A stretch of DNA of 64,000 nucleotides, from positions 5,318 to 69,317 of IMG/VR virus record IMGVR_UViG_3300036795_000116. One strand, 5' to 3'. A program made the translations under genes and the position numbers. Under the pieces are notes generated by a model that was given only the letters and a program-made list of their open reading frames with translations, had not been told where the DNA came from and did no database searches. This document shows, one piece after another, positions 1-8,980 of the stretch (its first letter is position 1; each line of letters opens with the position of its first letter). The DNA comes from a virus.

Positions 1-711
1 GCCGCGCCCTGGCCCGCGTTCACGTACTCCGTCACCGGCGCCACGACGGCCTACGACCTGCGCCTCCTGAACACCTCGATCGGCACCACGAGCACCTCGA
101 CGATCACCCTGAACGGAACCTGGAACACCATGGGCACCCCGATCACCATGCAGCCGGGCACGATCGTCAACGCGGACTACCCGACTCCCCAGGTTCGGCA
201 CACCTACGCTCCCCCCACTCCCCGCACCCCCGAGGAGTTGGCCGCCAACGCCGCGCGCAGACTGCGGCAGCAGGAGCAGCGCGAGGAAGCCCACCGTCGT
301 AGGATCACCGCCCAGGACCGCGCCCGCGCCACCCTGCTGGAGTTCCTGACTCCCGAGCAGCGCGCGGACTACGCCCAGTACGAGTACTTCTACGTCGAGG
401 GCAGCGCCGGCAACCTCTACCGGATCGACCTCGGTAACGCCGGCAACGTCATGTACTGCGACCGGGCGACTCTGCGGCCCCTGGGCAGCATCTGCGCGCA
501 CCCGTCGATGGCCGAGCACTGGCTGCCGAACCAGGACGTGCAGCTCGCCCAGAAGCTCGCGCTGGAGTTCGACGAGCCTGGGTTCACCGCGATCGCCAAC
601 GTCCACTGGGGCATCCGGCCGCCGAACGCCGACCTGACTCGCCGGGGCGGACCTACCCCAGCGGATGCCCGCCTGCACGTCGCCGGTCCCCAACCGCTCA
701 TCGCCGCCTAA
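1..711 (+). CDS. hypothetical phage protein, 5'-truncated (frame open from base 1)
   Basis: Frame 1 has no stop from base 1 to TAA at 709-711; high GC3 codon usage; followed by a terminator. Confidence 0.7.
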   Translation, partial: AAPWPAFTYSVTGATTAYDLRLLNTSIGTTSTSTITLNGTWNTMGTPITMQPGTIVNADYPTPQVRHTYAPPTPRTPEELAANAARRLRQQEQREEAHRRRITAQDRARATLLEFLTPEQRADYAQYEYFYVEGSAGNLYRIDLGNAGNVMYCDRATLRPLGSICAHPSMAEHWLPNQDVQLAQKLALEFDEPGFTAIANVHWGIRPPNADLTRRGGPTPADARLHVAGPQPLIAA

Positions 712-736
712 AACAGGCCCTGAAATGCAAAAATGC

Positions 737-813
737 GCCCCACCCTGATCGCCGTGAGCCACGCCCTTATGACAGTAAGGGGGCTACGAACGGCGATCAG
801 GGTGGGGCTTTTT
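737..813 (+). terminator. intrinsic terminator with long stem
   Basis: 19-bp perfect inverted repeat GCCCCACCCTGATCGCCGT/ACGGCGATCAGGGTGGGGC, nested CCCTTA/TAAGGG stem, followed by TTTTT. Confidence 0.85.
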
Positions 814-850
814 CTACGCCCCCCGCGAGCATCGGGAGACGTAGGTCTAG

Positions 851-899
851 TGTGTAGTGCACTTGACACAGTGCGTCGTAGGTGCAAGACTTGCAAGAG
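851..899 (+). promoter_or_regulatory. sigma70/HrdB-like promoter, copy 1
   Basis: TTGACA (863-868), 17 nt, AAGACT with upstream TG; flanks TGTGTAGTGCnCTTGACACAGTG and TTGCAAGAG recur at 6055-6103. Confidence 0.7.
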
Positions 900-930
900 C
901 TTGTAAGCCCCAGCCGAACAAGGAGAACAG

Positions 931-1212
931 GTGACCACCACCCACATCACCAACATCGCCCACCGACTCGACATCAGCGACTACGCCGGTGCTCTGGTCG
1001 AGGACTACGACATGGAGAAGATCAACGCAGAGTACCTGGCGAAGATCAACGGATTGCTGCCGGTCGGGATCGAGGTCTTCGAGAACGGCGACGTGATCTC
1101 GGACCTGGACGTCGCGGGTTGGGCGCGGGAGATCTACTGGGACGAAATCACCGCGGCGATCGACGTCGACGAGATCTTCGAGCGCAACGACAACCTGGCG
1201 ACCCACAACTAA
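931..1212 (+). CDS. small acidic hypothetical protein
   Basis: RBS AGGAG before GTG; first gene after the promoter. Confidence 0.75.
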   Translation: MTTTHITNIAHRLDISDYAGALVEDYDMEKINAEYLAKINGLLPVGIEVFENGDVISDLDVAGWAREIYWDEITAAIDVDEIFERNDNLATHN

Positions 1213-1222
1213 GGAGAACAGC

Positions 1223-1426
1223 ATGGCTTTCGGACGACACAGCCAGCAAGATCTGCGTACCCGCGACGCCGAACACGCGTTAGACGTTAAGCAGAAGCGT
1301 GACGAGCGCGATGGCCGCCAGCCGCAGGCCCACCTCGACAAGCTCAAGGAGATCCGCGAGCGCGAGGTCGGCAAGCAGAAATCAGGCTGGGGCGGCGGCA
1401 GCGACAACGTGAGAAAGGTGAAGTAG
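1223..1426 (+). CDS. small basic hypothetical protein
   Basis: RBS AAGGAG before ATG; abuts the previous gene. Confidence 0.7.
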   Translation: MAFGRHSQQDLRTRDAEHALDVKQKRDERDGRQPQAHLDKLKEIREREVGKQKSGWGGGSDNVRKVK

Positions 1427-1686
1427 TTGGACCCGACCGAGGAAGAACTCGCCCAGGAAGAGTACGACAATGGAGGCCAGGGTTACGACTGGTTCGACAA
1501 GTAGGAGAGGAAAGAGAAACCCGCTATGAACGCTCCCCGACTCGCCAGGCTCACGCTCGCCCTGGTGTTCGCTACGATCGCCGACTACGCCACCCGGATC
1601 GCGGTCAAGCTCGGTGGTCTCAACGCCACTGACACGGTCGCCTCGATGACCGACGACGACATCGAGCGTTTCCTGCGGGAGCGACC

Positions 1687-2307
1687 ATGCTGCCGCGGCT
1701 GATCCTGGTCTTCACCGCCGTCTTCCTGGTGGCGTGCGGCGCGGTCAGCCCGATCCAGCGCGGCACCCTTGGCAGCGGGGGGCTCTTCGTCGACTCGGTC
1801 AAGAAGCTCCCGACAAGCCGCCACGTGACCGGGCTCCCGTACCCGAGCAAGTGCACGACCGGGAACTTCAACGGGCACGCGCTGCCGGACAGGGTCTGCA
1901 CACCCGGGGCCGTCGACGCGGAGGTGATCGCGCCCTCGCTGGGCAACCCCGGCAACCTGCGGGGCACGATCTGCGCACGGGGTTGGGCACAGTCCGCGCG
2001 AGCCCCGCAGCAGGAGACCGAGCCCGTGAAGCGCACCGCGATGGGGGCCTACGGTGTCCGCATCCCGATGAACACCGTCGAGCTGGACCACCTGGTGCCG
2101 CTGGAGCTGGGCGGCAGCAACGACGTCAGCAATCTCTGGCCGGAACCCTCCGACTTGCCGGGTCAGAGCTACCACAACACCAAGGACACCGTCGAGAACA
2201 CCCTGAACAGGGCGGTCTGCGTCGGCACCGTCTCACTCGGCGCGGCACAGAACGCGATCGCCAACAACTGGACGACGGCGACGCAGGTGCTCGGGTTGAG
2301 CAGATGA
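1687..2307 (+). CDS. secreted/lipoprotein HNH-endonuclease-like protein
   Basis: Lipobox-like LVAC after a hydrophobic N-terminus; ELDHLVPLELGGSNDVSNLWPE is an HNH motif. Confidence 0.75.
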   Translation: MLPRLILVFTAVFLVACGAVSPIQRGTLGSGGLFVDSVKKLPTSRHVTGLPYPSKCTTGNFNGHALPDRVCTPGAVDAEVIAPSLGNPGNLRGTICARGWAQSARAPQQETEPVKRTAMGAYGVRIPMNTVELDHLVPLELGGSNDVSNLWPEPSDLPGQSYHNTKDTVENTLNRAVCVGTVSLGAAQNAIANNWTTATQVLGLSR

Positions 2308-2638
2308 GCGTGCAGGTGGCGAACTACCGACGGCATTCCGCTGACGTCACGGCCACCCGGTTGGGCAACCACGCCCAGGAGTACTACTTTTTCATGACCG
2401 ATCGGGAACGCGATCTGTTGTCGCAGGTCAAGCACGTCCTGGAAGAGATCGCCGAAGGCAAACGAAAGGCATGGGCACAGTGACCAACCCAGAAGAGCGA
2501 GAAGCCCTCAAAGATCGTTTGACGTTCGTCTCCGACGACGAACTCTTTGAGATCTTGTCCTCGGTGATCGACGCGGACATCGACGAGGTCAACCAGTTGA
2601 TCGAAGACCTGCGCGACGAGATCACCACGCAGCATTGA
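2304..2638 (+). other. two tiny coupled ORFs (2304-2483, 2480-2638)
   Basis: ATGA/GTGA start-stop overlaps with neighbours. Confidence 0.55.
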
Positions 2639-3306
2639 ACGAGGGCTCCGGAACCACCACAGACCCGGAGCCTCCGCCCAGCACCTACAACCCCTACGGA
2701 AGCGAATTTATCATGGGTCAGGCCGGCAAACACCGGATACCGATCTCAGCGTCTCAGAAGCGCCAGTTCGTCATCCTGCTGGGCGTTGTGGTGATCACCT
2801 TCATCGCCCTGGGGATCGGCGCGAACCGCAGAAGGGTCCATCACCACCGGCCGTTCTTCCCGCAGGTCGCCACGTCGTCAGCTCCCACGGGCGTCCCGTT
2901 CGTGCCGTACACGGGCACCGGTTTGCGCCCTTTTCCGCCCAGCCCCGCCCAGGTCGGCCGACTGATGACCCTGGCGCTCCAGACAGGTACACCTCTCGTG
3001 GGTCGCGTGTGGGGGGATCCACGCGAGGTGTACCGCCATCCAGTCTCAGTCCCCGACCCAGTCTCAGTCCCCGACCCAGTCTCAGTCCCTCAGCACCACG
3101 TCAATAAGCAGGCTCAAGAAACCCACGACGACTCCGAAGATCAGGGCCAGCACACCGAGCGCCAGCACCACGAGCACGATCATGCCCCCTCAGGCAAACA
3201 ACACGAGCAGCACGACGGCGGACATGAGCAGCAGCACGGTGGTGGGCACGACCATTCCAGTGGCGGACACGAGCACGGAGGCGGTCACCCCCATGGCGGA
3301 CGCTGA
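2635..3306 (+). CDS. membrane protein with Pro-rich linker, (PVSVPD)n repeat and His/Gly-rich tail; start may be ATG 2713
   Basis: TM segment FVILLGVVVITFIALGIG; 18-nt tandem repeat at about 3040-3090. Confidence 0.6.
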   Translation: MNEGSGTTTDPEPPPSTYNPYGSEFIMGQAGKHRIPISASQKRQFVILLGVVVITFIALGIGANRRRVHHHRPFFPQVATSSAPTGVPFVPYTGTGLRPFPPSPAQVGRLMTLALQTGTPLVGRVWGDPREVYRHPVSVPDPVSVPDPVSVPQHHVNKQAQETHDDSEDQGQHTERQHHEHDHAPSGKQHEQHDGGHEQQHGGGHDHSSGGHEHGGGHPHGGR

Positions 3307-3553
3307 GAACCCGTCCTACTCCGACACCTTCATGGAGATCTTTGAGCTGACGGTGACCCGGCTGCGCGCGGACTTCCCCGACTGGCGCGAGGGTCAGACC
3401 TACTACAACGCCCTACACCTGAACCGACCAGAGTGGGCTCAGGAGATCCACGGTGGCACCCTCGACACCTTCCACCGCGACGACTACCTCCCCGAGTTCC
3501 GGACCTGGCTCAGGGCCAAGTTCGACGGCGAGTGGGAGGCGATGGTCGCGTGA
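3293..3553 (+). CDS. hypothetical phage protein
   Basis: GGAGG RBS before ATG 3293; WREGQTYYNAL motif typical of small phage proteins. Confidence 0.7.
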   Translation: MADAENPSYSDTFMEIFELTVTRLRADFPDWREGQTYYNALHLNRPEWAQEIHGGTLDTFHRDDYLPEFRTWLRAKFDGEWEAMVA

Positions 3554-4586
3554 GCTGGTCCATCTGGATGCTACTGCCCGGCTTCAGCGGCGGTGCGGGC
3601 TGGTCGATGGTCTCCACTGGCCTGACGCAGGAGGACGCGGAGCGTTTCGCCGAGACGTTCCTGTTCCCCGTCCAGGCGAGGCCTACCGAACCACCTGAGG
3701 GAAACGAGGAGCCATGACCTGGACCAAAGCCGCGCTGTGGGGCCTTCCGTTCGCAGCCGCCCAGTGCGCACTCGGCCTGTGCCTGGGCACGGCCACGGGC
3801 ACCTCGATCCCGACGCCCATGGTCGTGTTCGCCACCGTCACACAGTTCGTGTTCGGAGCCCTCTTTGTCCGCTTCGCCTTCAACGGGAGATCTAATGACC
3901 ACCGCGAGTAGGAGCTGACCTGATGGTGACCATCTTCCTTTTCACCGTGGGTGTCATCCTGGCGTACCTGCTGGGTGTCGCGGTGGGAAAGGCGCGCGGT
4001 AAGGCTCCTGCTTCGTCCCCCGCGGCGCCTGTACTGAAGTGCGGCTGTGGGCATGCACTGAGCTACCACAAGAGCCTGACGGGCCCCTGCCACGCGCAGG
4101 TGACAGGCCCGGCCCCCGGCTACACCTACACGGGGAAGGACGGAACGGGCGTCGCCAAGCAGTGCCGGTGTCAGTGCTACGACGGCCCCGAGCCGCTCCC
4201 CCGCAGCTGGATCCCACCGGAGATGCCGGCATGAGCTTCTGGCTGTGGAATGAACTCGGCCGCTGGGTCGGGCGCGCGGGGCGCATGTTCTACCGCTTCG
4301 GGCTCTGGCTGTGCGGGGTGTCCGGGACCATCGACGCTATCGCGGATAGTCACACCCCGGCGCACAAGGCGTACATCAAGATGCTCAAGGAGCGGGCGTG
4401 ACCATCCACCTGCCGCCGCTCTTCACGATCCTGGGTGTCTTGGCAGCCACGGCGTTCGTGAGTTGGGTCGTGTTCGGACTGCTCATGCTGTGGGGGTTCT
4501 CCAACGATTGGGGCCCTCGATTGGCACTTCCCGTAACCGCAATCACGGCAGTCGTGACGGCCTACTTCTGCTTCAAACTCACCTAG
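3550..4586 (+). other. run of five small coupled ORFs (3550-3717, 3714-3911, 3923-4234, 4231-4401, 4398-4586), several membrane; 3923-4234 has CxCGH..H..C..CxC
   Basis: Mostly 4-nt start/stop overlaps; hydrophobic segments. Confidence 0.6.
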
Positions 4587-4593
4587 GAGAACA

Positions 4594-4992
4594 ATGCGCA
4601 AGACCCTCACTTACCTACTGCTGGCGGTGATGTCCACACTGGTGCTTGCCGGCTGCTCGACCGATGCCGACGTGGCCAGCCGGAACCTGAGCCAGGATGC
4701 CGATCAGTTCAAGGTGGCTCGTCGGGTCGTGTTCCTCAACGGCATTACCGACAAATACATCTTGTCGATCACAGGCAACTGCTCGATCACGCCCGCGCCA
4801 CGCCAGGTCGACGTAATCTGCAAGCTCCCGGACGGCACGTATATCAAGCATTCGGAGGGCCTGAGCGACAACGTCACCTGGTTCTCCCAGCAAATGACGG
4901 GCGTGGACGTGTCGACCCTGCAGTACCAGGTGGTCTTCAAGCCCGAGGTGCTGATCCCCGACTTCCAGCGGCCGGCACCGGGGTCGAAGTGA
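4594..4992 (+). CDS. phage lipoprotein (mycobacteriophage L5 gp64-like family)
   Basis: Lipobox LAGC followed by DADVASRNLSQDADQFKVARRVVFLNGITDKYIL, recognised as a widespread phage lipoprotein. Confidence 0.75.
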   Translation: MRKTLTYLLLAVMSTLVLAGCSTDADVASRNLSQDADQFKVARRVVFLNGITDKYILSITGNCSITPAPRQVDVICKLPDGTYIKHSEGLSDNVTWFSQQMTGVDVSTLQYQVVFKPEVLIPDFQRPAPGSK

Positions 4993-5240
4993 TCGAGCTA
5001 CCCGAGCACGAGTGCGCGTTCTGCAGCTGGAGCCAGGGGCTGCCCGAGGACTACCACCTCGCCACCAACGTAGTCGGCACACTGATGCGCATCGAGCAGG
5101 TCGAGGTTTGCACGTTCTGCTACCACGGGCTGGCCGCCTCAGGCTGGTTGGCAGGGCAGGACAGCCCACCGGCGGACCCGCGCGACATGGCCATCTTCGC
5201 CAACCTGCTACTCGCCGAGATCAGGAAGCTCGCGCGATGA
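4989..5240 (+). CDS. small CxxC-CxxC zinc-finger-like protein
   Basis: CAFC and CTFC; GTGA overlap. Confidence 0.65.
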   Translation: MIELPEHECAFCSWSQGLPEDYHLATNVVGTLMRIEQVEVCTFCYHGLAASGWLAGQDSPPADPRDMAIFANLLLAEIRKLAR

Positions 5241-5479
5241 GCAGCCCGCTGCTGTTCTTCGTCTCGATCGCCGTCGCCGGGGCCACCCTGTTCCTGGTCT
5301 GGGCCTGGGACAGCCGCCGATGAAACCCGAAGCAAACGCGATCCTGATGTGCCACTGCTTCACCATCGCCCGCGGCTTCTCGAAGGACCCAGGCATGGTG
5401 CTGGCGTTCGGGATGATCCTGCTGATGGCCACCCTGCAGCAACTCAGCGAACAACACTGTATCTAAAGGAGAGATCACT

Positions 5480-5827
5480 ATGGATGAGCTTTACAACATC
5501 AACCCAGACATCCAGGCCGCCCTCGACGAGCACCTCGACAAGCTCGCGGCCATCGGTACCGCCGGTCAGCTCGCGGTCCACTTCCAGAGCCAGGGCCTGA
5601 AGGCCGTGTGCGGACAAGCCCACACCTGCGCGATCGCTGAGTCCGTCGGGGGCGCGCTGGGCCTACCCGCCAGATTGCTGCAGCCCGCGGTGTCGTATAG
5701 CTCTGTCGCCGTCTGGACCGAGGGCAATCAGGTCGTCGCCAAGGCAGACCTCAGCGATGACATCAAGGAGTTCATCCAGAGCTTCGACGCCCAGCTGTAC
5801 CCCGAGCTGATCAAGCAGAGCTACTAA
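5480..5827 (+). CDS. hypothetical phage protein
   Basis: AAGGAG RBS; C-terminal FIQSFDAQLYPEL; hairpin 5840-5879 follows. Confidence 0.75.
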   Translation: MDELYNINPDIQAALDEHLDKLAAIGTAGQLAVHFQSQGLKAVCGQAHTCAIAESVGGALGLPARLLQPAVSYSSVAVWTEGNQVVAKADLSDDIKEFIQSFDAQLYPELIKQSY

Positions 5828-5890
5828 GCCCCCAAGCAGCCGGCGTCCTGGGTTAAACCCCCCGGACCTGGGGCGCCGGTGTTGTACTTC

Positions 5891-5965
5891 GGTGGAGTCG
5901 GCGTGACTCGAACACGCCACCTTCTGCCTGCCGAGCAGATGCTCTACCTGATGAGCTACGACCCC
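5891..5965 (-). tRNA. tRNA-Ala(GGC)
   Basis: Cloverleaf; acceptor GGGGTCG/CGACTCC with G3:U70, A73; anticodon arm TCTGC-TCGGCAG-GCAGA (C33 instead of U33). Confidence 0.85.
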
Positions 5966-5966
5966 G

Positions 5967-6039
5967 TGGTGGACCTGACGGGGATGGGACCCCGCGACCT
6001 CCGGCTGAAACCCGGTGCTCTGCCCTGAGCTACAGGCCC
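5967..6039 (-). tRNA. aberrant tRNA-like gene (Ala-type acceptor, apparent TTC anticodon, degenerate T-loop)
   Basis: GGGCCTG/CAGGTCC-ACCA with G3:U70; intact D arm; 4-bp anticodon stem CCGG-GTTTCAG-CCGG; T-loop lacks TTCRA. Confidence 0.65.
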
Positions 6040-6054
6040 GGCATCAGCGTAGCA

Positions 6055-6103
6055 TGTGTAGTGCCCTTGACACAGTGGGTTAGTCATGCGACAGTTGCAA
6101 GAG
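6055..6103 (+). promoter_or_regulatory. sigma70/HrdB-like promoter, copy 2
   Basis: TTGACA (6067-6072), 17 nt, GACAGT with upstream TG; near-duplicate of 851-899. Confidence 0.7.
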
Positions 6104-6136
6104 TCAAGCAACTCCCACTACAGAAACCGAGCGATC

Positions 6137-6553
6137 ATGACCACCACAGCCCCAGCCCCGACCAAGACCTTCTACCCCATTGCCATCGCCCTCGTGGCCG
6201 TCGCCATCGCCACCATGGCCGTCGTCGCGGTCTACCTGGGCCAGCACACCCCCACCCCGGCGGCCCCGGCCAGCTCCACAGCGGGCCTCCGAACGTGTGA
6301 TTCGAGTGTCGCCGTCGCCTACCCGGCCTTGGATGGTGGCGTGCAGGTACACGTGCTCGCCCCAGGACCGGACGTGGTCCGCGTGGGCATCATCGCCGGC
6401 CCCATGGCCTACGAGCGCGTGCTGCAACAGCAGGTGACCAAGAACGGTGCCGGAGCTGATTTCAGCTGGGTACACGCGCACGGCGTCTCCGCGATCACCG
6501 TGAGCACGAAGAAGCTCGGTATCTGCGCGATCCCCGCCCCCGCAACCCGGTGA
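6137..6553 (+). CDS. membrane-anchored hypothetical protein
   Basis: GATCATG start context; N-terminal TM helix. Confidence 0.7.
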   Translation: MTTTAPAPTKTFYPIAIALVAVAIATMAVVAVYLGQHTPTPAAPASSTAGLRTCDSSVAVAYPALDGGVQVHVLAPGPDVVRVGIIAGPMAYERVLQQQVTKNGAGADFSWVHAHGVSAITVSTKKLGICAIPAPATR

Positions 6554-6867
6554 GTGGTTTCTGGATCAGCCCGACGGAAGAGCCGGTGCTGAAGACCTAC
6601 ACCGTGTTCGGACTGATCCACAACGGACAACAGCACTTGACCATCGCGGGCGTCGCCAAGGGCAAGATCGAGCACGAGGATATGGCGTACATCAGCGAGT
6701 ACGGGTACCTGCGATTCTCCACCACGGTCGAGGCACGCAACCCGTCCCACGCGGAAGACCTCGCACACAAACTCGTGCGCGAGACGTTCGCCAAGACCCC
6801 GCCCGAGCGGCGAAAGTACCTGGCCTGGCACATGATCGGAAGGCAGGCAAATGCTGACCCCCAGTAA
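6550..6867 (+). CDS. hypothetical protein
   Basis: GTGA overlap; phage-like codon usage. Confidence 0.65.
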   Translation: MSGFWISPTEEPVLKTYTVFGLIHNGQQHLTIAGVAKGKIEHEDMAYISEYGYLRFSTTVEARNPSHAEDLAHKLVRETFAKTPPERRKYLAWHMIGRQANADPQ

Positions 6868-7192
6868 GAGGCAGCAGCTCCTCGATGACGTCGACGACGC
6901 CCGCTACGAGCTGAAGGTCTACAAGATCAAGCGCAATCTGCTGATCGTCGGGATCGTGTTCTCTTTCTTCTGGACGATGGGCGACATCACCTTCGGGGTG
7001 TTCTCCACCGTGACCGCCACGTTCAACCACTCTGACCTGGGCGGTCTCGTCGCCGGGCTGCTGCTGTTGGGGGTCTTCGGCGTCATTGGCACCAGCGCCG
7101 GGTTGGCCAACGTAATCGGGCAGAACGCGGGCAACAAGCTCAGGAAGAAGATTCGCAAAGCCGAGCGCCAGCTGCACCAGGACGCATGGTAA
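6851..7192 (+). CDS. two-TM membrane protein
   Basis: Two hydrophobic helices and a basic tail. Confidence 0.7.
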   Translation: MLTPSKRQQLLDDVDDARYELKVYKIKRNLLIVGIVFSFFWTMGDITFGVFSTVTATFNHSDLGGLVAGLLLLGVFGVIGTSAGLANVIGQNAGNKLRKKIRKAERQLHQDAW

Positions 7193-7260
7193 CCAAACCA
7201 AGTTGCTAGTCGTTTACATATAGCGCACACTTGTGCACCGAATCAGAGAGGAAGTTCGTG

Positions 7261-7554
7261 ATGTCCCCGCACTACACCGGCCATTGGAGGGAGTGGGTCG
7301 CCTGCTCCAACGAGGATCCGGAACTGTTCTTCCCGATCGCTGGCCGTGGCACCCCAGCCTACGCCGAGCAGGTCACCGAGGCCAAGTTCGTCTGCTCGTT
7401 CTGCCCCGTGCGCGAGCAGTGCCTGGAGTTCGCCCTGGAGCGCATCCAGACCGGGGTGGCCGGCGGCCTCGACGAGTACGAGCGGGCCGCTCTGCGCAAG
7501 GCTAGGGGGCAAGAAGCGCATCTCCCCAGTGAGCGCGTCCTGTCCACCCGATGA
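7261..7554 (+). CDS. whiB: WhiB-family Fe-S transcription factor
   Basis: W..AC..EDPELFFP, AKFVCSFCPVREQCLEFAL, GVAGG (canonical GVWGG), ER.AL. Confidence 0.92.
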   Translation: MSPHYTGHWREWVACSNEDPELFFPIAGRGTPAYAEQVTEAKFVCSFCPVREQCLEFALERIQTGVAGGLDEYERAALRKARGQEAHLPSERVLSTR

Positions 7555-7941
7555 CCCACTTACTGGAAGATCTTTAAAGGGAGGTTGCACGCGTGTCACC
7601 CACATATGGTGGTAGCGGCCACACTTCTGAGACGCTACTGTCAGCGACGCCCAAATCCGAGGGAGCCCAGACCACTGCCGACGCGGACTTCATGTACGTA
7701 ACCAGTCCGCGAGAGGCCCATGGTCGACGCACGCTATTACTACACGCCTGTCAGCTACCGGGACATCACCCGGTTCTACTACGTCAAATGCCGTACCGAG
7801 CTGCATCTACGGCGGCTCCGTCGTCGTGGGATCGAGAACAGAAGTGCCCCGGTTGTGGTGTCGACGCTCCCGCCGGTGCCGGTGCTCCCCCTCACACCAA
7901 GCATTGTCACTGGAAGTAGTAGACACCGCCCCTGAAGTGTG

Positions 7942-7991
7942 GGGTGGCGGGCACGGGGCTTAACACGAACGCGCTGGCCCACCCGCCACCC
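7942..7991. terminator. hairpin between convergent transcription units
   Basis: GGGTGGCGGG/CCCGCCACCC inverted repeat at the 3' end of the tRNA array. Confidence 0.6.
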
Positions 7992-7993
7992 TG

Positions 7994-8064
7994 CTCCCCG
8001 CCCAGGACTCGAACCTAGATAACCGACTCCAAAGGCCGGCATGCTACCATTGCATCACCGGGGA
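7994..8064 (-). tRNA. tRNA-Gln(TTG)
   Basis: Anticodon arm CCGGC-CTTTGGA-GTCGG; T-loop TTCGAGT; U1-A72. Confidence 0.88.
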
Positions 8065-8065
8065 C

Positions 8066-8141
8066 TGGCTGCCTCGCCAGGATTCGAACCTGAAATTCCG
8101 CGTCCAGAGCGCGACGTAGTTGCCAGTTACACCACGAGGCA
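8066..8141 (-). tRNA. tRNA-Gln(CTG)
   Basis: TCGCG-CTCTGGA-CGCGG; encoded CCA. Confidence 0.9.
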
Positions 8142-8152
8142 AAGAGTGTGCG

Positions 8153-8226
8153 TGCCCTAGGTGCGATTCGAACGCACGCCTGTACGGAGTTTGAGTCCGT
8201 TACCTCTACCGTTGGGTTACTAGGGC
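8153..8226 (-). tRNA. tRNA-Leu(CAA), short variable arm
   Basis: ACGGA-CTCAAAC-TCCGT; acceptor GCCCTAG/CTAGGGC-A. Confidence 0.88.
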
Positions 8227-8232
8227 CTAACG

Positions 8233-8305
8233 TGCACCTACCAGGAGTCGAACCTGGTGCTCGAAGTTCGTAGCCTCGCGTGGTAATCCGGTCCACTATA
8301 GGTGC
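8233..8305 (-). tRNA. tRNA-Arg(ACG)
   Basis: CGAGG-CTACGAA-CTTCG; acceptor GCACCTA/TAGGTGC. Confidence 0.88.
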
Positions 8306-8309
8306 TCGG

Positions 8310-8382
8310 TCGTCGGGGCTGGACTTGAACCAGCAACCCCCGGCTCTTCAGACCAGTGCTCTCCCAGTTGAGCTACCCGACG
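8310..8382 (-). tRNA. tRNA-Phe(GAA)
   Basis: CTGGT-CTGAAGA-GCCGG; acceptor CGTCGGG/CCCGACG-A. Confidence 0.88.
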
Positions 8383-8434
8383 ATTGTCCGAATGTCCTAA
8401 CCTAGCACTGAGGTAACGCTGTTAGGATAGGTAC

Positions 8435-8475
8435 GCCCCAGACCCTGGCGACCTTTGAACGTCAGGGCCTGGGGC
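8435..8475 (-). terminator. hairpin downstream of 8486-8791
   Basis: GCCCCAG.CCCTG.CG/CGTCAGGG.CTGGGGC inverted repeat. Confidence 0.55.
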
Positions 8476-8485
8476 ACCCCTTCAC

Positions 8486-8791
8486 CTAGTAGTCACGTCG
8501 CCCGTCGTGACGGTCATACCGGTCGTGCCTGTTGTACCGGTCGTGCCTGTCATGCCGACCGTACTTGTTGTGCCGATCGTGGCGGCTGTACCGGTCGTAC
8601 CGATCGTGGCGGCTGTACCGGTCGTGGCGGTCATCACCACGCCAACCGCCCGCCTTCACCAGGGCAACTGGCGCAACCGCGCTGGTCACCATGGTCGGCG
8701 CACTGGGTGCTGCGTTAGCCACCCCGCTGCTTCCCCCCACGAGCAGCGCCGTGCTGAGCAGCCCGGCTGTCAGCAACTTCGTGATTATCAT
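8486..8791 (-). CDS. secreted low-complexity peptide with (RHDRY)n-type repeats
   Basis: GAAGGGAG RBS; signal peptide ending VANA; C-terminal DRHDRYSRH repeats. Confidence 0.8.
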   Translation of the reverse strand: MIITKLLTAGLLSTALLVGGSSGVANAAPSAPTMVTSAVAPVALVKAGGWRGDDRHDRYSRHDRYDRYSRHDRHNKYGRHDRHDRYNRHDRYDRHDGRRDY

Positions 8792-8901
8792 CCCTGAACT
8801 CCCTTCAGTTGACTGCCAGGGAGCGCCGAAGTTACCTGAGGATCCTGCCAGGTACTGCCGCCAATCAGGGTGACCCCGAATGCTGGAGTTAGCTCCATTC
8901 G

Positions 8902-8971
8902 AGGCACTGGCGGGACTTGCACCCGCGTACACGGTTTTGCAGACCGCGTCGACCAGCTCGGTCACAGCGCC
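8902..8971 (-). tRNA. tRNA-Cys(GCA)
   Basis: GCGGT-CTGCAAA-ACCGT; U73; atypical T-loop TGCAAGT and short D-loop. Confidence 0.8.
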
Positions 8972-8980
8972 GTGCGTGCG

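Noticed and set aside
4594-4992. Recombination directionality factor label sometimes attached to this family
   Set aside because: Clear lipobox indicates an exported lipoprotein, inconsistent with an RDF.
8015-8296. ORFs overlapping tRNAs (also 8792-8965 extension, 9543-9987)
   Set aside because: Sequence is fully explained by tRNA cloverleaves.
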